Assembly (NCBI GenBank): GCA_040901675.1
Contig: JBBDYJ010000035.1
Coordinates: forward strand, 74,054 to 138,053
Direction of reading: 5' to 3'
From: Pirellulales bacterium
GTDB lineage: Bacteria > Planctomycetota > Planctomycetia > Pirellulales > JAICIG01
DNA length: 64,000 nucleotides
The position numbers and the translations under genes were made by a program. Below are positions 42,072 through 54,333 of this stretch, piece after piece (the stretch's first letter is position 1; every line of letters starts with the position of its first letter). Under the pieces are notes generated by a model. The model made no database searches and had not been told where the DNA came from. It worked only from the letters and a program-made list of their open reading frames with translations.

Positions 42072-45000
42072 CACCGTTGGCGTTGGAAGGCCGCTTCATG
42101 CCGCAGGATCCGTAGTATCCGAGCAAAGCTCGCCTTGCGGTTGATCACGGAGAACTGCGAATCGGAGGCGGTCTTTTCAAACGTGGCGAGGATTTCTTGC
42201 AGCCGGTCCGAGCCCTCTTGTGGCCGGCCCGCCGCCCGCGCAGCGGCGATTTGCTCCAGCTCCGACAACCGCAGATATTTGATCCAGCCCGGTCCGTTTC
42301 TCGTCGCGTCTAGATCCCGCCTCAGTGCCCGCACGTCGCGCAGCCACTGCTGTGAATAGCCGCCAGTGCCGGGTTGCCTGCGAGCCGCCTCTTGTCTCGT
42401 CCTTGAACGATCCGCACTGCCGAGCCCCGATCCGTTCCTGGAACTCTCGGAAGTCCGGCCTTGACCGGCGCTTGCCGCGCTTCTCGCGGCCGGCTTCTGG
42501 CTGGGAACAAGCTCCTTTCCCGCCAGTGTGAACAGGTTGCCGCTGGCCAGATCGGCAGTGTCGATGGCCAAATGCAGGTTGCGCGGCTCGTCCATCACGC
42601 GCAGCCGAACCAGCATCTCCATCTTTCCGCCTTCCTGGAAAACCGACAATCCCGCGGACAGCCGGGCGCTCTCCACGCGGAGAAGCCGGCCCGAGGCCGC
42701 CGCGGCCGTTGCCTTCGCGCCCCACTGGACCGCGTCGCCCGTGGCGTTGACCGCGAACTGCGAAGCATCCAGAGCGGCCAGTGCCCCATCCCGCGCCACA
42801 AACAGCGGGGCCACACGCGGATCAGCGTCCACGGGCGCGGCATGGGCCAACTCAAAAGCCTTTTGGGTCACTTTCACGGCGGCCAGCGCCACATCGCGGC
42901 CGACAAACAGCCCCGCCACGCGCGGATCGGAATCGATCGGGGCCGTGCCGTGAATCGCCCGAAGTCCATCGTTGGCGACGTTGAGCGCGGCCTGCGCCGT
43001 CTTCTGGGCCGCGAACAGGACCACGATTTGCGGATCGGCGTCCACCGGCACCGCGTTCACGGCCGCGCTGACTGCGTCATACACCTTCGCTTTCGCCTGG
43101 TAGGCGAGCCTTTTCACGTCGCGGTCGATTCCCTTCGCGTCCTTGTCGATGCCCTTGGCAATCTTGTCGAGCCCCGCGGCTTTCTTCCAGGCTGCGACGG
43201 CCTTATTGAAAGCCGCCTCGGCTCTGTCCAAGGCGACCTTGGCTCGATCCCGATCCGCTTTCACTCCCGCCAGATCCTTGACCCGCTGCGCTTTCACCGC
43301 TGCGCGGCGCGCGTTGATCTGCCGGCTGATGCCGTCCAAATCCCGCTTTGCCTTGCCGATGGCGCCCAGGTGTTGGCCTCGCTCGCGATTCACCTGGGCC
43401 CGCATCTTGGCGATGTCCGTATTGATCCGGTTCAGATCGGCTTCGGCGCGCCGCAGCGCGGCTTCGTTCGTGGCCCGGTCACGCCTCACCTGGGCCCGCG
43501 CATTGGCAATGTCGGTATCGATCCGTTGCACGTCCCGCTTGGCTTGTTCCAAGTCGGCGTCGGCCTTGGCAAAGTCTCGCTCAGCCTGTCTCGCCCAGGC
43601 CAGGATGTCGTCCGAGACCTTGCTCTGAAACGAATTGGCAAAGTCATTCTTGAACCCGGCCGAAAACTGCCAGGCCGGTCTCTCCAGCGAACTCGTACAG
43701 CTCACGTCCACCTCAAACGCGTCGGCCAATCGGCCGACCATGGTCACTTCCGACCGTTTGGCATTGAGATCCGCCAGGGCCGCGACGCGATTGCCCAGCA
43801 GGTCGCAGCCGCCGCTGGCCCGAAAATGGCTGTCCCTGCTCGCGGCCAACAGCAAGTCGAGCTTCGCCTCGTGCAGTTGAATGGGGCCCAGTCGGAACTC
43901 GCTGACGGTGGCCTTGACCGAGGTCCGCGGCTTGCGGCTCGAAACGTCCACCAGTGCGTCGACTTCCGCCGCGCGCGAGCCGAACAGGTAGAGCTGGCCC
44001 TTGAGTCCTACACCGTTGGGCACGCCCAGCTCCTCCGATCCGCCGGCGGGCGCATAGAGAACGTCTACTGCCCGCAAATCGAAGTCGGGCAGCAGCACGC
44101 CGACCACCCTGGCGTCGATGCCCCCGTGCGCCGCGCTGGCCAGATCGTTTGCCACCGCCACTAAATCATCTCGAGTCAACGAATCGACCGAACCCCGGAA
44201 GAAAACGCTCGGCACGCCTTGGCGCGTCGTCATGCCGCCCGCCACGCTGACGAGCTTGGCGGCCAGCTTCATATCCCCCTTTACCCCGACCAACATCCGC
44301 GGCGGTCCACCGCTGGTGCTTTCGGCGCGCAGCTCCAAGGCCGCCGAGTGCAGCTCCAAGCCTTGGATACCCAACGCGTTGCGCCAAGGCCCGTCGTCAT
44401 CGGACCGTGCCGAGATCGCCAGGCCGCTCTTGCCGCCTCTCCCGGCCGCGTCCCCCAAGAACAAGGCGCGGCAATCGAATCGCCGTTGGTCGCTGCCGCT
44501 GCCGACGAGCATGTTGAATGTCACACCCGCCATGGGTCTGCCCGTCACCAGCAGCGCCAGATCCTCGATCCGGAAGGCCTCCGGCAAGCCCGCCAGCGTG
44601 CCGCTGGCCAGCTTCGCCCGCAGCTCGGCATCTTTGGCCGCCGTGCTCATCAGCCGGCCTTGCTCGCGCGCCTTGCGGAACGTCTCCTGGTCAAAGTTCT
44701 TGAGAATCACGCCTTCGAGCACCAGGTTGTCGATATTCGGCCCCAGCATTTGCAGTCCGGCGAGAATCTCCGCGCGCACTTCCACCGCGGTGGCCAGGTT
44801 CACACCGTCTTGCACGCTCAGCGAGAAGTCGCCGCTGCCGTAGATGTCTCGATAAAACTCGCGGACCGCGGGTGCCATCGACGCCGACGAAACCGTCAAG
44901 CGATGGCGTGAGAAAATGACTACCGGCGTGGCCATCTGCAGTCCTTGGCCGGCGATTGTTCCCACCGCCGGGATCAACTGGTCCAGGTTCTGAGTGGGCA

Positions 45001-45349
45001 ACCGCCACGCTAACAGCCACTGCCCCACGCCCCCCGCTGATTTCTCCACGTACTGCAGCAGCACGGGAGCATCCTGCCCCGCAAACGTCGCCGTGCCGGC
45101 CACGCTTCCATCGCTGCCAACCCGCGGCGTCTGAATCGTGATATCGGCCAGGTAGGTGTCTTTGAAGGCGGCGATCTCCCCCAGCGCGATTTTGCCTTGC
45201 GCTGCCGCCGCCGTGCGGAATTCTTCGGCCAGCTCGGCCGGTGCTGCAGCACAGACCGCGCCCCACGTTGCGACCAATGCTTGCACCGTTGCGACCTCAA
45301 TCCAGCGGCGAGCGGTTCGACGGCGGATAGGTATCATGACGTGTCGCAT
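42071..45349 (-). CDS. Large secreted protein: beta-rich region, long coiled coil with DxDP repeats, C-terminal helical domain
   Basis: 1092-aa ORF; GGAG RBS; signal-like N-terminus; heptad region; P(V/I)D(A/S)DP x3. Confidence 0.8.
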   Translation of the reverse strand: MRHVMIPIRRRTARRWIEVATVQALVATWGAVCAAAPAELAEEFRTAAAAQGKIALGEIAAFKDTYLADITIQTPRVGSDGSVAGTATFAGQDAPVLLQYVEKSAGGVGQWLLAWRLPTQNLDQLIPAVGTIAGQGLQMATPVVIFSRHRLTVSSASMAPAVREFYRDIYGSGDFSLSVQDGVNLATAVEVRAEILAGLQMLGPNIDNLVLEGVILKNFDQETFRKAREQGRLMSTAAKDAELRAKLASGTLAGLPEAFRIEDLALLVTGRPMAGVTFNMLVGSGSDQRRFDCRALFLGDAAGRGGKSGLAISARSDDDGPWRNALGIQGLELHSAALELRAESTSGGPPRMLVGVKGDMKLAAKLVSVAGGMTTRQGVPSVFFRGSVDSLTRDDLVAVANDLASAAHGGIDARVVGVLLPDFDLRAVDVLYAPAGGSEELGVPNGVGLKGQLYLFGSRAAEVDALVDVSSRKPRTSVKATVSEFRLGPIQLHEAKLDLLLAASRDSHFRASGGCDLLGNRVAALADLNAKRSEVTMVGRLADAFEVDVSCTSSLERPAWQFSAGFKNDFANSFQSKVSDDILAWARQAERDFAKADADLEQAKRDVQRIDTDIANARAQVRRDRATNEAALRRAEADLNRINTDIAKMRAQVNRERGQHLGAIGKAKRDLDGISRQINARRAAVKAQRVKDLAGVKADRDRAKVALDRAEAAFNKAVAAWKKAAGLDKIAKGIDKDAKGIDRDVKRLAYQAKAKVYDAVSAAVNAVPVDADPQIVVLFAAQKTAQAALNVANDGLRAIHGTAPIDSDPRVAGLFVGRDVALAAVKVTQKAFELAHAAPVDADPRVAPLFVARDGALAALDASQFAVNATGDAVQWGAKATAAAASGRLLRVESARLSAGLSVFQEGGKMEMLVRLRVMDEPRNLHLAIDTADLASGNLFTLAGKELVPSQKPAARSAASAGQGRTSESSRNGSGLGSADRSRTRQEAARRQPGTGGYSQQWLRDVRALRRDLDATRNGPGWIKYLRLSELEQIAAARAAGRPQEGSDRLQEILATFEKTASDSQFSVINRKASFARILRILRHEAAFQRQR

Positions 45350-45628
45350 TCAAAACTCCTTCCCTTGGGAACGGCCCGATAGAGCAATCGCAGCCGCGAC
45401 CCAGCAAGAAATGACAAGACCGCCGGACCGATGCGGGTTACCGGGGCAGCACGGACCAGCGCCGATTCCAACGCCGAACTTGCTTGTGACCGTCTCTTCA
45501 GCCCTTCGGGCCGCCGCTGGCTTGGATCCCGGCGGCTAGAGCACGCGCCAAAAGCATGGCGACCACCTGGGGCCGTTCTCCCGAGGGGCGTGAGGCCAGG
45601 ATCGTCTCCAAGCGATCTGGCGCACTGT

Positions 45629-45664
45629 GCACGGCAGGGGCGCCACGCACGGCAGGGGCGCCAC
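45629..45664. repeat. 18-bp tandem duplication
   Basis: GCACGGCAGGGGCGCCAC x2 followed by partial inverted GTGGCCCTGC. Confidence 0.85.
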
Positions 45665-45950
45665 GTGGCCCTGCGGCGACGAACGGACGATCTCCCAGGG
45701 CCGGCTGCCGGGCGGCGACCCGCCACGCGGGCGGCGTGATCGTCCTCCCTGGGGCGCGAGGGGTTGCCCGGCGTCTGATGCTTCACTCTTCCGCCCTCGC
45801 TCACGTTGCGGCCCAGAGGATGCGTGCGATCGACCTGCCCATTGCAGGTTCGAGTCGGGTTGGCTCCGTGAACGGAGCCGTTCCTGCTTGGCAGGCCCTT
45901 GAGCATACGGGAACAGGCCCCGATGTCCAGTAGAAAACCAGACTCTGTCT

Positions 45951-46824
45951 TCAAACCAGCCGGTCCAGCGCCTCCAACGCCACACGCCAACGCGGATGGC
46001 TCTCGCAGTAGGTCTCCCACCAGTCGCCGAGCAGCGTGGCCAGGTCGACGGGCCCCGCCCGATCCAAATGCCAGGCCTCCAACGCGCGGGCCAAGGGCCG
46101 CTCGCCCGGCGCGATCAGCTCGACCTCCTGGGCGGCGTCCAGCACGGCCGGGACCATCGCCAGCAGCGCTACGCGGTGCAGCCGCTGACGAGAGATGTTC
46201 TCCGAGAACTTCGGCAAGTCGCTGTTGAGCACCGACAACAGCCAACCCAAACGCACCACCTCCGGCAGCTCGGCCATCGGGGTCGCCGGCATGCCCTCGA
46301 AGATCACCAGGTTGTAGGCGGCGTAGGCAGCCCCGCCGCCGCCCGTGGCCGGGTGCACCAGCACCACGTCGGCCCGCTCGGCGATCAGCCCGGGCTCGGT
46401 GCGGCGGCCCACGGCGCCCAGCAGCCCGCCGCCGCGGGCTTCCCACTGCCCGCGGATCGGGCCGGCCCGCGCGGCCAGCTCGTCGAGCAGGCCGGGCAGC
46501 GCGGCGGCATACGCCTGCTTGAGCGCGATCAGCCAGGCCGGCCAGACTGCCCACGAGCGCCTCGGCCTTCTCGCGGCCGATTGTCTTGGTGAGGCTCAGC
46601 GAGGCCAGCTCGCGCTGGTTCTCATAGCCGACCGATAGCGGCACCAGGTGTCCGAAGAAGGTGTCCAGGTCGATGCCCGCCCCGGAAAGTCCCTCGCCCA
46701 GCGCCGCGGCCGGCTGCGCCAACGCTTCGGCCAGCCGTGCCTCGGCCAGCGGTTGGCCGCGGACCAGGTCCTCGGCCGCGTGGAAGCAGCCGGCCGATAC
46801 GCTAGCGAGCCAACGCAACGGAGG
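45951..46824 (-). pseudogene. Conserved-looking hypothetical protein split by a +1 frameshift near 46536
   Basis: LRWLASVSAGCFHAA...SLAG in one frame continues as WLIALKQAYAAALP...QWEARGGGLL...ALEALDRLV in another; no clear start codon before the upstream repeat array. Confidence 0.7.
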
Positions 46825-46980
46825 ATCTTGGTGCTTGGTGCTTGGCACTTTGGTGCTTGGATCTTGGTGCTTGGTACTTGGTACTGGGTGCTTGGTGCTT
46901 GGTGCTTGGGAAGGGCTCCGGCGTCCAAAGTCCAAAGGCCCAAGTCCCAAGACCCAAGATCCAAGAACAAAGACCTAAGT
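46825..46980. repeat. Inverted heptamer arrays (CTTGGTG)n / (CCAAGAY)n
   Basis: 46825-46910 and 46924-46980, separated by about 13 bp. Confidence 0.92.
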
Positions 46981-47108
46981 GCTACCCCGCAAGGGCCGCC
47001 CCCGCTAAGATACGCTATTCTTTCATTCGCGACGGCCCCGATCCATTCATCCGGCGGCCCTTTTCTGCCCTGCCGCAATCGAAAATCAAAAACCCCACGG
47101 AGCCGCTG

Positions 47109-49019
<1,911 letters not shown>

Positions 49020-49319
49020 GGACATGTCATTGGTCCTTTGTCATTGGTCCTTTGTCATTGGTCCTTTGTCATTGGTCATTAGCCGTTTGCAGGGCTACAC
49101 GTACCTGGAAGACCAGTGAGCGTCTTCGGACCGCCGCGCCGCCCGCGTCGACGGCTTTTTCGCCCCTTGGTGGCAAACCGGCCGCCGCTGGCCTATAATT
49201 GCTAACACCTTGCAATCCCGCCTGTTGCGCTTCGCGCGGGTCGCCCCACGGCCCTCCTGCTAGATCCGCACCGACCCGACAATCCAAAAGTTCGCGACCA
49301 CGGCCGCTGGAACCCCAGA

Positions 49320-50714
49320 ATGCACAATCGCGCCACGCCTGCCTCTGAACGCCATGCGATCTTGGACCTTGGATCTTGGAACTTAGAGCTTGGATCTTGG
49401 ACCTTATGTCTTGGAGTGGCGGGCAGGCTCGCCGAAAATCGCGCCCGAAAGCTCCTGGTCTTGGCCGCCTTGGGCATGTGCGGCTGCAATTCCTCGCGCG
49501 AGGCATCTGACGCCGGCCAAGCGGCTGCAACGCCCCAGGCGGTCGAAGTCGCCGCGGTCCAGGTACGAAGCTGGCCGAAAACGGTCAGGGCCCAGGGGAG
49601 CATGATCGGCGACGAGCATGCCGTGATCGGCGTCAAGGTGGCCGGCCGGGTGCGGGAAGTCATGGTCGACCTGGGGTCGGTCGTGTCGGCCGGCGACGTG
49701 CTGGCCAGGCTGGAAGCCGAAGATTTCGACCTCCGGGTGCAACAGGCCGAAGCACAGATCAACCAGGCGCGGGCCGCCTTGGGCCTGAAGCCCGGCGACG
49801 ACGATGAGCGGCTCGACCGCACGAAAGTGCCGCTGGTCCTGCAGGAGCGAGCCTTGCTCGACGAGGCCCGCTTGAACGACGAGCGCGCCCGGCAGCTTAT
49901 CGAGAAAAACGTGATCACCACCGCCGAGCTGCAGGCGACCGAGGCGGCCTTGCGGGTGGCCGAAGCACGGTTCGAGTCGGCCCTGAATAGCGTGGAAGAG
50001 CAGCTTGCGACCCTGGCGGTGCGCAAGGCCGAGCTGGCGGTGGCCAGGCAGTCGCAGTCCGATGCGGTCATCCGGGCCCCGTTTTCAGGGGTGGTGCAGC
50101 AGCGGCACGTGGGCCCCGGCGTCTATCTGAACGTCGGCCAGCCGGTGGCGGCCTTGGTGCGCACCGATCCCTTGAGGTTCCGCGCGGGGGTTCCGGAACG
50201 GCAGTCGGCCCGGCTGGCGGTGGGGCAGGCCGTGCGATTGTCGGTGGAAGGCATGGAACAACCGATCGAAGCCCGGATCTCGCGGATCAGTCCGGCCCTG
50301 GATCTTTCGAACCGTTCGTTGACCATCGAGGCCGACGTCGCCAATCCCAACTTCGCCCTGCGGAGCGGCTTGTTCGCGGAGGCCGAAATCGTGATTGACG
50401 CGGGGCAGCGGGCCTTGGCCGTGCCCGCGCCGGCCGTTGTGGAGTTTGCCGGCGTGGAAAAGGTATGGCTGGTTCGCAAGGGCCAGGCCGGCGAGCAACG
50501 GGTGCGGACGGGCCGCCGCAACGGCCAATGGATCGAGATCCTCGATGGCTTGCAGGAAGGCGACCAGGTCGTGGCCCGCGGCGAGCAAGGCCGGGCCGGC
50601 CAGGTCACGGTGCTGATCGAGCCGGGGGGCACGATCGAAGCCGGCGACTCCGGGCTGGTCCGGGGTAAAGAGGACCCGCCTTCCGTAAAAGGGTTGCCCG
50701 CCGTGGGAGGCTGA
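49320..50714 (+). CDS. RND periplasmic adaptor (MFP)
   Basis: IGVKVAGRV, RAPFSGVV, LRSGLFAEAEI; lipobox-like GMCGC; start uncertain. Confidence 0.9.
   Translation: MHNRATPASERHAILDLGSWNLELGSWTLCLGVAGRLAENRARKLLVLAALGMCGCNSSREASDAGQAAATPQAVEVAAVQVRSWPKTVRAQGSMIGDEHAVIGVKVAGRVREVMVDLGSVVSAGDVLARLEAEDFDLRVQQAEAQINQARAALGLKPGDDDERLDRTKVPLVLQERALLDEARLNDERARQLIEKNVITTAELQATEAALRVAEARFESALNSVEEQLATLAVRKAELAVARQSQSDAVIRAPFSGVVQQRHVGPGVYLNVGQPVAALVRTDPLRFRAGVPERQSARLAVGQAVRLSVEGMEQPIEARISRISPALDLSNRSLTIEADVANPNFALRSGLFAEAEIVIDAGQRALAVPAPAVVEFAGVEKVWLVRKGQAGEQRVRTGRRNGQWIEILDGLQEGDQVVARGEQGRAGQVTVLIEPGGTIEAGDSGLVRGKEDPPSVKGLPAVGG
49359..49415. repeat. Heptamer array (CTTGGAY) within the MFP N-terminus
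   Basis: ATCTTGG ACCTTGG ATCTTGG AACTTAG AGCTTGG ATCTTGG ACCTTAT GTCTTGG. Confidence 0.85.
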
Positions 50715-50718
50715 GGGG

Positions 50719-50777
50719 GGCAGAAGGAGGAAGGAGGAAGGAGGAAGGCAGAGGGCAGAAGGAGGAAGGCAGAAGGC
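50719..50777. repeat. Heptamer array (GAAGGAG/GAAGGCA) just after the MFP stop codon
   Basis: GGCAGAA GGAGGAA GGAGGAA GGAGGAA GGCAGAG GGCAGAA GGAGGAA GGCAGAA. Confidence 0.85.
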
Positions 50778-50868
50778 GTCAGACGCATTCGTTCGCCTTG
50801 TCGCCTGGGTCACGCTGACGCTTTGACCCAGCCACCCTGCCGCGAGTCGCAACCAGAGGAGCTTTGCA

Positions 50869-53800
50869 TTGCAGTGGCTTGCCCGGATCTGCGTTGGGCG
50901 TCCCGTGTTCGCGGTGATGCTGGTGATGGCCTTTGTCGTGGCCGGCGCCGCCTCTTACGGGGAGCTTGGCGTGGATCGCTTCCCCGACATGGACATGCCG
51001 ACGGTGATGGTGCGCACGGTGTACGTGGGCGCGGCGCCGGAGGAAGTCGAGTCGGAGATCACGCAGGTGCTCGAGGACGCGGTCGCCACGGTGGAGGGGA
51101 TCGACGAGCTTCGCTCCATCTCCGGCGAGGGCACGTCGTTTTTGCTGCTGACGTTCAATCTCGACCGGCAGATCGACGCCGCGACGCAGGACGTGCGGGA
51201 CGCGGTCGGCAGCGTGCTCAACCTGTTGCCGCCGGACACCGACCCGCCCGTCATTCGCAAGCGCGATCTCGACTCGTCGCCCATTATGTCCCTGGCCGTT
51301 TCCGGACAGCGGACCAGCCGCGAGCTGTACCTGCTGGCGGAGCGCTACGTGAAGAACGTGATCGAGTCGGCCCACGGCGTCGGCGAGGTGTCCATTGCGG
51401 GAGCGGCCGACCGGGCCGTGCAGGTCGATATCGAGTCGCGGCGTCTGGCCGCCTACCAGTTGTCGATCATGCAGGTCCGCGACGCCCTGGCGCGGCAGAA
51501 CACCGAGGTTCCCGGGGGGCGGGTCGATGCGGGTATCCGCGAGCTGAACCTGCGGACGCTGGGACGGCTGGACCACACCCGCGAGTTTGCCGACCTGGTG
51601 GTCGCCACCACCGAGGGCGCCTCGGTGCGGCTGCGTGACCTGGGCGAGGTCACCGACGGCTCCAAGGAAGTGCGGACCTTGGCCAGGCTGGACGGCACCC
51701 CGGCGGTGGTCCTGGAGGTGCAGCGGCAGTCGGGCGCCAACACGGTCGAAGTCATCGAAGCCGTGAAAGAGCGCTTGGGCCGCAGCCGCGAGCTGCTGCC
51801 CGCCGGAGTCGAGGTCGACGTCATCCAGGACCAGTCGCGGTACATCAACGCGGCCATGGACGAGGTGCAAAAGCATCTGATTTCTGGGAGCATCCTGGCC
51901 AGCCTGGTGGTGCTCCTGTTCATGCGATCCTGGCGGTCGATGTTGATCGCCTCGATCGCCATCCCGGCCTCGATCATCTCCACGTTTGCCGCTATGCGCG
52001 CGCTGGATTTCACGCTCAACAACATGACGATGCTGGCGCTGGTGCTGATGGTCGGCGTGGTGATCGACGACGCGATCGTGGTGCTGGAGAACATCTTCCG
52101 CTGTATCGAGGAAAAAGGCATGCCGCCGGTCCAGGCGGCCATCGAAGGGACGCGGGAAATCGGCCTGGCCGTGCTGGCCACAACTCTGTCGCTGGTGATC
52201 GTCTTTCTGCCCGTGTCGTTCCTGTCCAGCGTGACGGGCCGCATGCTCTACCAGTTCGGCATGACGGCCACGGTGGCGATCATGATCTCGTTGTTGGTCA
52301 GCTTTACGTTGACGCCCATGATGTGCAGCCGCATGCTGCGGGTCGGGCACCAGGCGGGCAAGGGGCCGGCCTCGCGGCGTGGCTTCTACCATTGGCTGGA
52401 GGCCGGCTACATGGTCTGTCTCAAGTGGTCCATGCGGCACCGCTGGATCGTTTGCGCCGTCGCGCTGATGGTCATCGCCGCCAACGTGCCGCTCTATCAG
52501 TGGGTGATGCAGGATTACCTGCCGACGAACGTGGACGAATCGGAGTTCGAAATCAGCATCGAGGCCCCCGAGGGCGCGTCGCTGGCGTCGATGGATCAGA
52601 CGATGCAGGCCGTCGAGGAGCAGCTCCGCTCGATGCCGGGCGTGGTTCACTTGCTGGCTGTCGTCGGCAGCCGCGGCATTGCCCGCGTCAACCGCGCCAA
52701 CGTGTACGTGCGGCTGGACGACATCGAACAGCGGACGTTCTCCCTGGGACGCCTGGTCCGCGCGACGCTGGCCGGCCGTCCCCAGGCCGCCTGGCGGGGA
52801 AACTATTCACAGCGCGACAAGATGCAGCAGGTCCGCGATCGCCTGGCCCAGTTCAGCGAGCTGCGGGTCGCCGTCCGCAACCTGACCTCGCTCCGCCAGG
52901 GCGCGCCCGTCGACATCGACTTCTCGATCACCGGACCCAACGTGCTGGTGTTGGCCCAGTTCAGCGACCAGTTGCGAGAAAAAGTCTCGCGGATCCCCGG
53001 CATCGTCGATGCCGACACCACGATGCGCCTCGACAAGCCGGAGCTACGAGTCGAGATCGATCGCGAGCGGGCCGCGGCCCTGGGGGTGGAAGTCCAGGAG
53101 ATCGCCGAAACGCTGCGCGTCGCGGTGGGCGGCGACGATCGCGTCTCGCGTTTTCACGATGCGCTGATCAACGACGCCTTCGACGTCGAGCTGCGGCTGG
53201 TCGGCATCGACCGCAGCAACCGTGACGCCATCTCGCAGCTTTACGTCCGCGCCCGACCGATGCAAAGCACCCGGGTCCGCGGAGCTCCGACACCATCCGG
53301 CGCCGAACCGCCCGCCGGCCTGACGCGGCTGGACAACGTGGTCCGCTTCCACTACGGAGAGTCTGCCCCCCGCATCGATCGCCTCGACCGGCAGCGCATG
53401 GTCGCCGTGCGGACCAACATCGCTCCGGGATACGCGCTGGCCGACCGCATCCAAGCGGTCCACCAGGCCGCGGAAGAACTGGGGGTGCCGGCTGGGTGCA
53501 GCACGCGCGTCTTGGGCCGCGGCCGCGAGCTGGAACGCACGCTGGCCGACTTCGCCTGGACCTTTGCGATGTCGTTCATCTTCATGTACATCGTGCTGGC
53601 GGCCCAGTTCGAGCACCTAGTGCACCCGCTGACGATCATGATCTCGCTGCCGATGGCCGTGCCCTTCGGGCTGATCAGCCTGTGGCTGGGAGGCGAGAGC
53701 TTGAACTTGTTTTCGGCGATGGGCATCCTGGTGCTGTTCGGCGTGGTGAAGAAGGCCTCGATCCTGCAGGTCGATCACACCAACCAACTGCGGGCCGCGG

Positions 53801-54135
53801 GAATGGACCGCCTACCGGCCATCCTGCAAGCCAATCGCGATCGCCTGCGGCCGATCCTGATGACCACCGTGTCGTTCGTGGCGGGCATGCTCCCCTTGCT
53901 GATCGGCGTGGGACCAGGCGCCGAAGAACGCCGCTCGATCGCGGTGCTGGCCGTGGGCGGTCAAACCTTGTCGCTGCTGTTGACGCTGCTGGCCGTGCCC
54001 GTCGTCTACTCCCTGTTCGACGACTTGGGATGGCTGATCCCACGTCGCCGCGGCTCCCAGGCGGACGCCGCACTCCCCCAGCCGGCCCCCGAAGCGGAGT
54101 TGGTCACGGCAGGCGACGGCAAGGCGGAAGGATGA
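50869..54135 (+). CDS. RND efflux permease
   Basis: RPVFAVML, GVVIDDAIVVLENI, GVVKKASIL, RLRPILMTT; TTG start with GAGGAG RBS. Confidence 0.95.
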   Translation: MQWLARICVGRPVFAVMLVMAFVVAGAASYGELGVDRFPDMDMPTVMVRTVYVGAAPEEVESEITQVLEDAVATVEGIDELRSISGEGTSFLLLTFNLDRQIDAATQDVRDAVGSVLNLLPPDTDPPVIRKRDLDSSPIMSLAVSGQRTSRELYLLAERYVKNVIESAHGVGEVSIAGAADRAVQVDIESRRLAAYQLSIMQVRDALARQNTEVPGGRVDAGIRELNLRTLGRLDHTREFADLVVATTEGASVRLRDLGEVTDGSKEVRTLARLDGTPAVVLEVQRQSGANTVEVIEAVKERLGRSRELLPAGVEVDVIQDQSRYINAAMDEVQKHLISGSILASLVVLLFMRSWRSMLIASIAIPASIISTFAAMRALDFTLNNMTMLALVLMVGVVIDDAIVVLENIFRCIEEKGMPPVQAAIEGTREIGLAVLATTLSLVIVFLPVSFLSSVTGRMLYQFGMTATVAIMISLLVSFTLTPMMCSRMLRVGHQAGKGPASRRGFYHWLEAGYMVCLKWSMRHRWIVCAVALMVIAANVPLYQWVMQDYLPTNVDESEFEISIEAPEGASLASMDQTMQAVEEQLRSMPGVVHLLAVVGSRGIARVNRANVYVRLDDIEQRTFSLGRLVRATLAGRPQAAWRGNYSQRDKMQQVRDRLAQFSELRVAVRNLTSLRQGAPVDIDFSITGPNVLVLAQFSDQLREKVSRIPGIVDADTTMRLDKPELRVEIDRERAAALGVEVQEIAETLRVAVGGDDRVSRFHDALINDAFDVELRLVGIDRSNRDAISQLYVRARPMQSTRVRGAPTPSGAEPPAGLTRLDNVVRFHYGESAPRIDRLDRQRMVAVRTNIAPGYALADRIQAVHQAAEELGVPAGCSTRVLGRGRELERTLADFAWTFAMSFIFMYIVLAAQFEHLVHPLTIMISLPMAVPFGLISLWLGGESLNLFSAMGILVLFGVVKKASILQVDHTNQLRAAGMDRLPAILQANRDRLRPILMTTVSFVAGMLPLLIGVGPGAEERRSIAVLAVGGQTLSLLLTLLAVPVVYSLFDDLGWLIPRRRGSQADAALPQPAPEAELVTAGDGKAEG

Positions 54136-54333
54136 GCGGGAAGCGACGTCCCTTAGCGGTTCGCGTGTCACGGCTCCGCGGCCAGTGCGCGAACGAAGAA
54201 CCACTCGCGGAGCGAGTGGACCACATCAGGACTTCCTCCTTCCCTGCCACGCGTATAATGGCCTGAATCGCCTCCGAGCGCCGGCCTGGCCCAGGGCGAC
54301 CAATCGAAGCTTTTAGCTGCATCAATCGCGCCC

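Noticed and set aside
46842-47108. N-terminal extension of SpeA in the ORF track
   Set aside because: It is translated heptamer repeat; the conserved sequence begins at ATG 47109.
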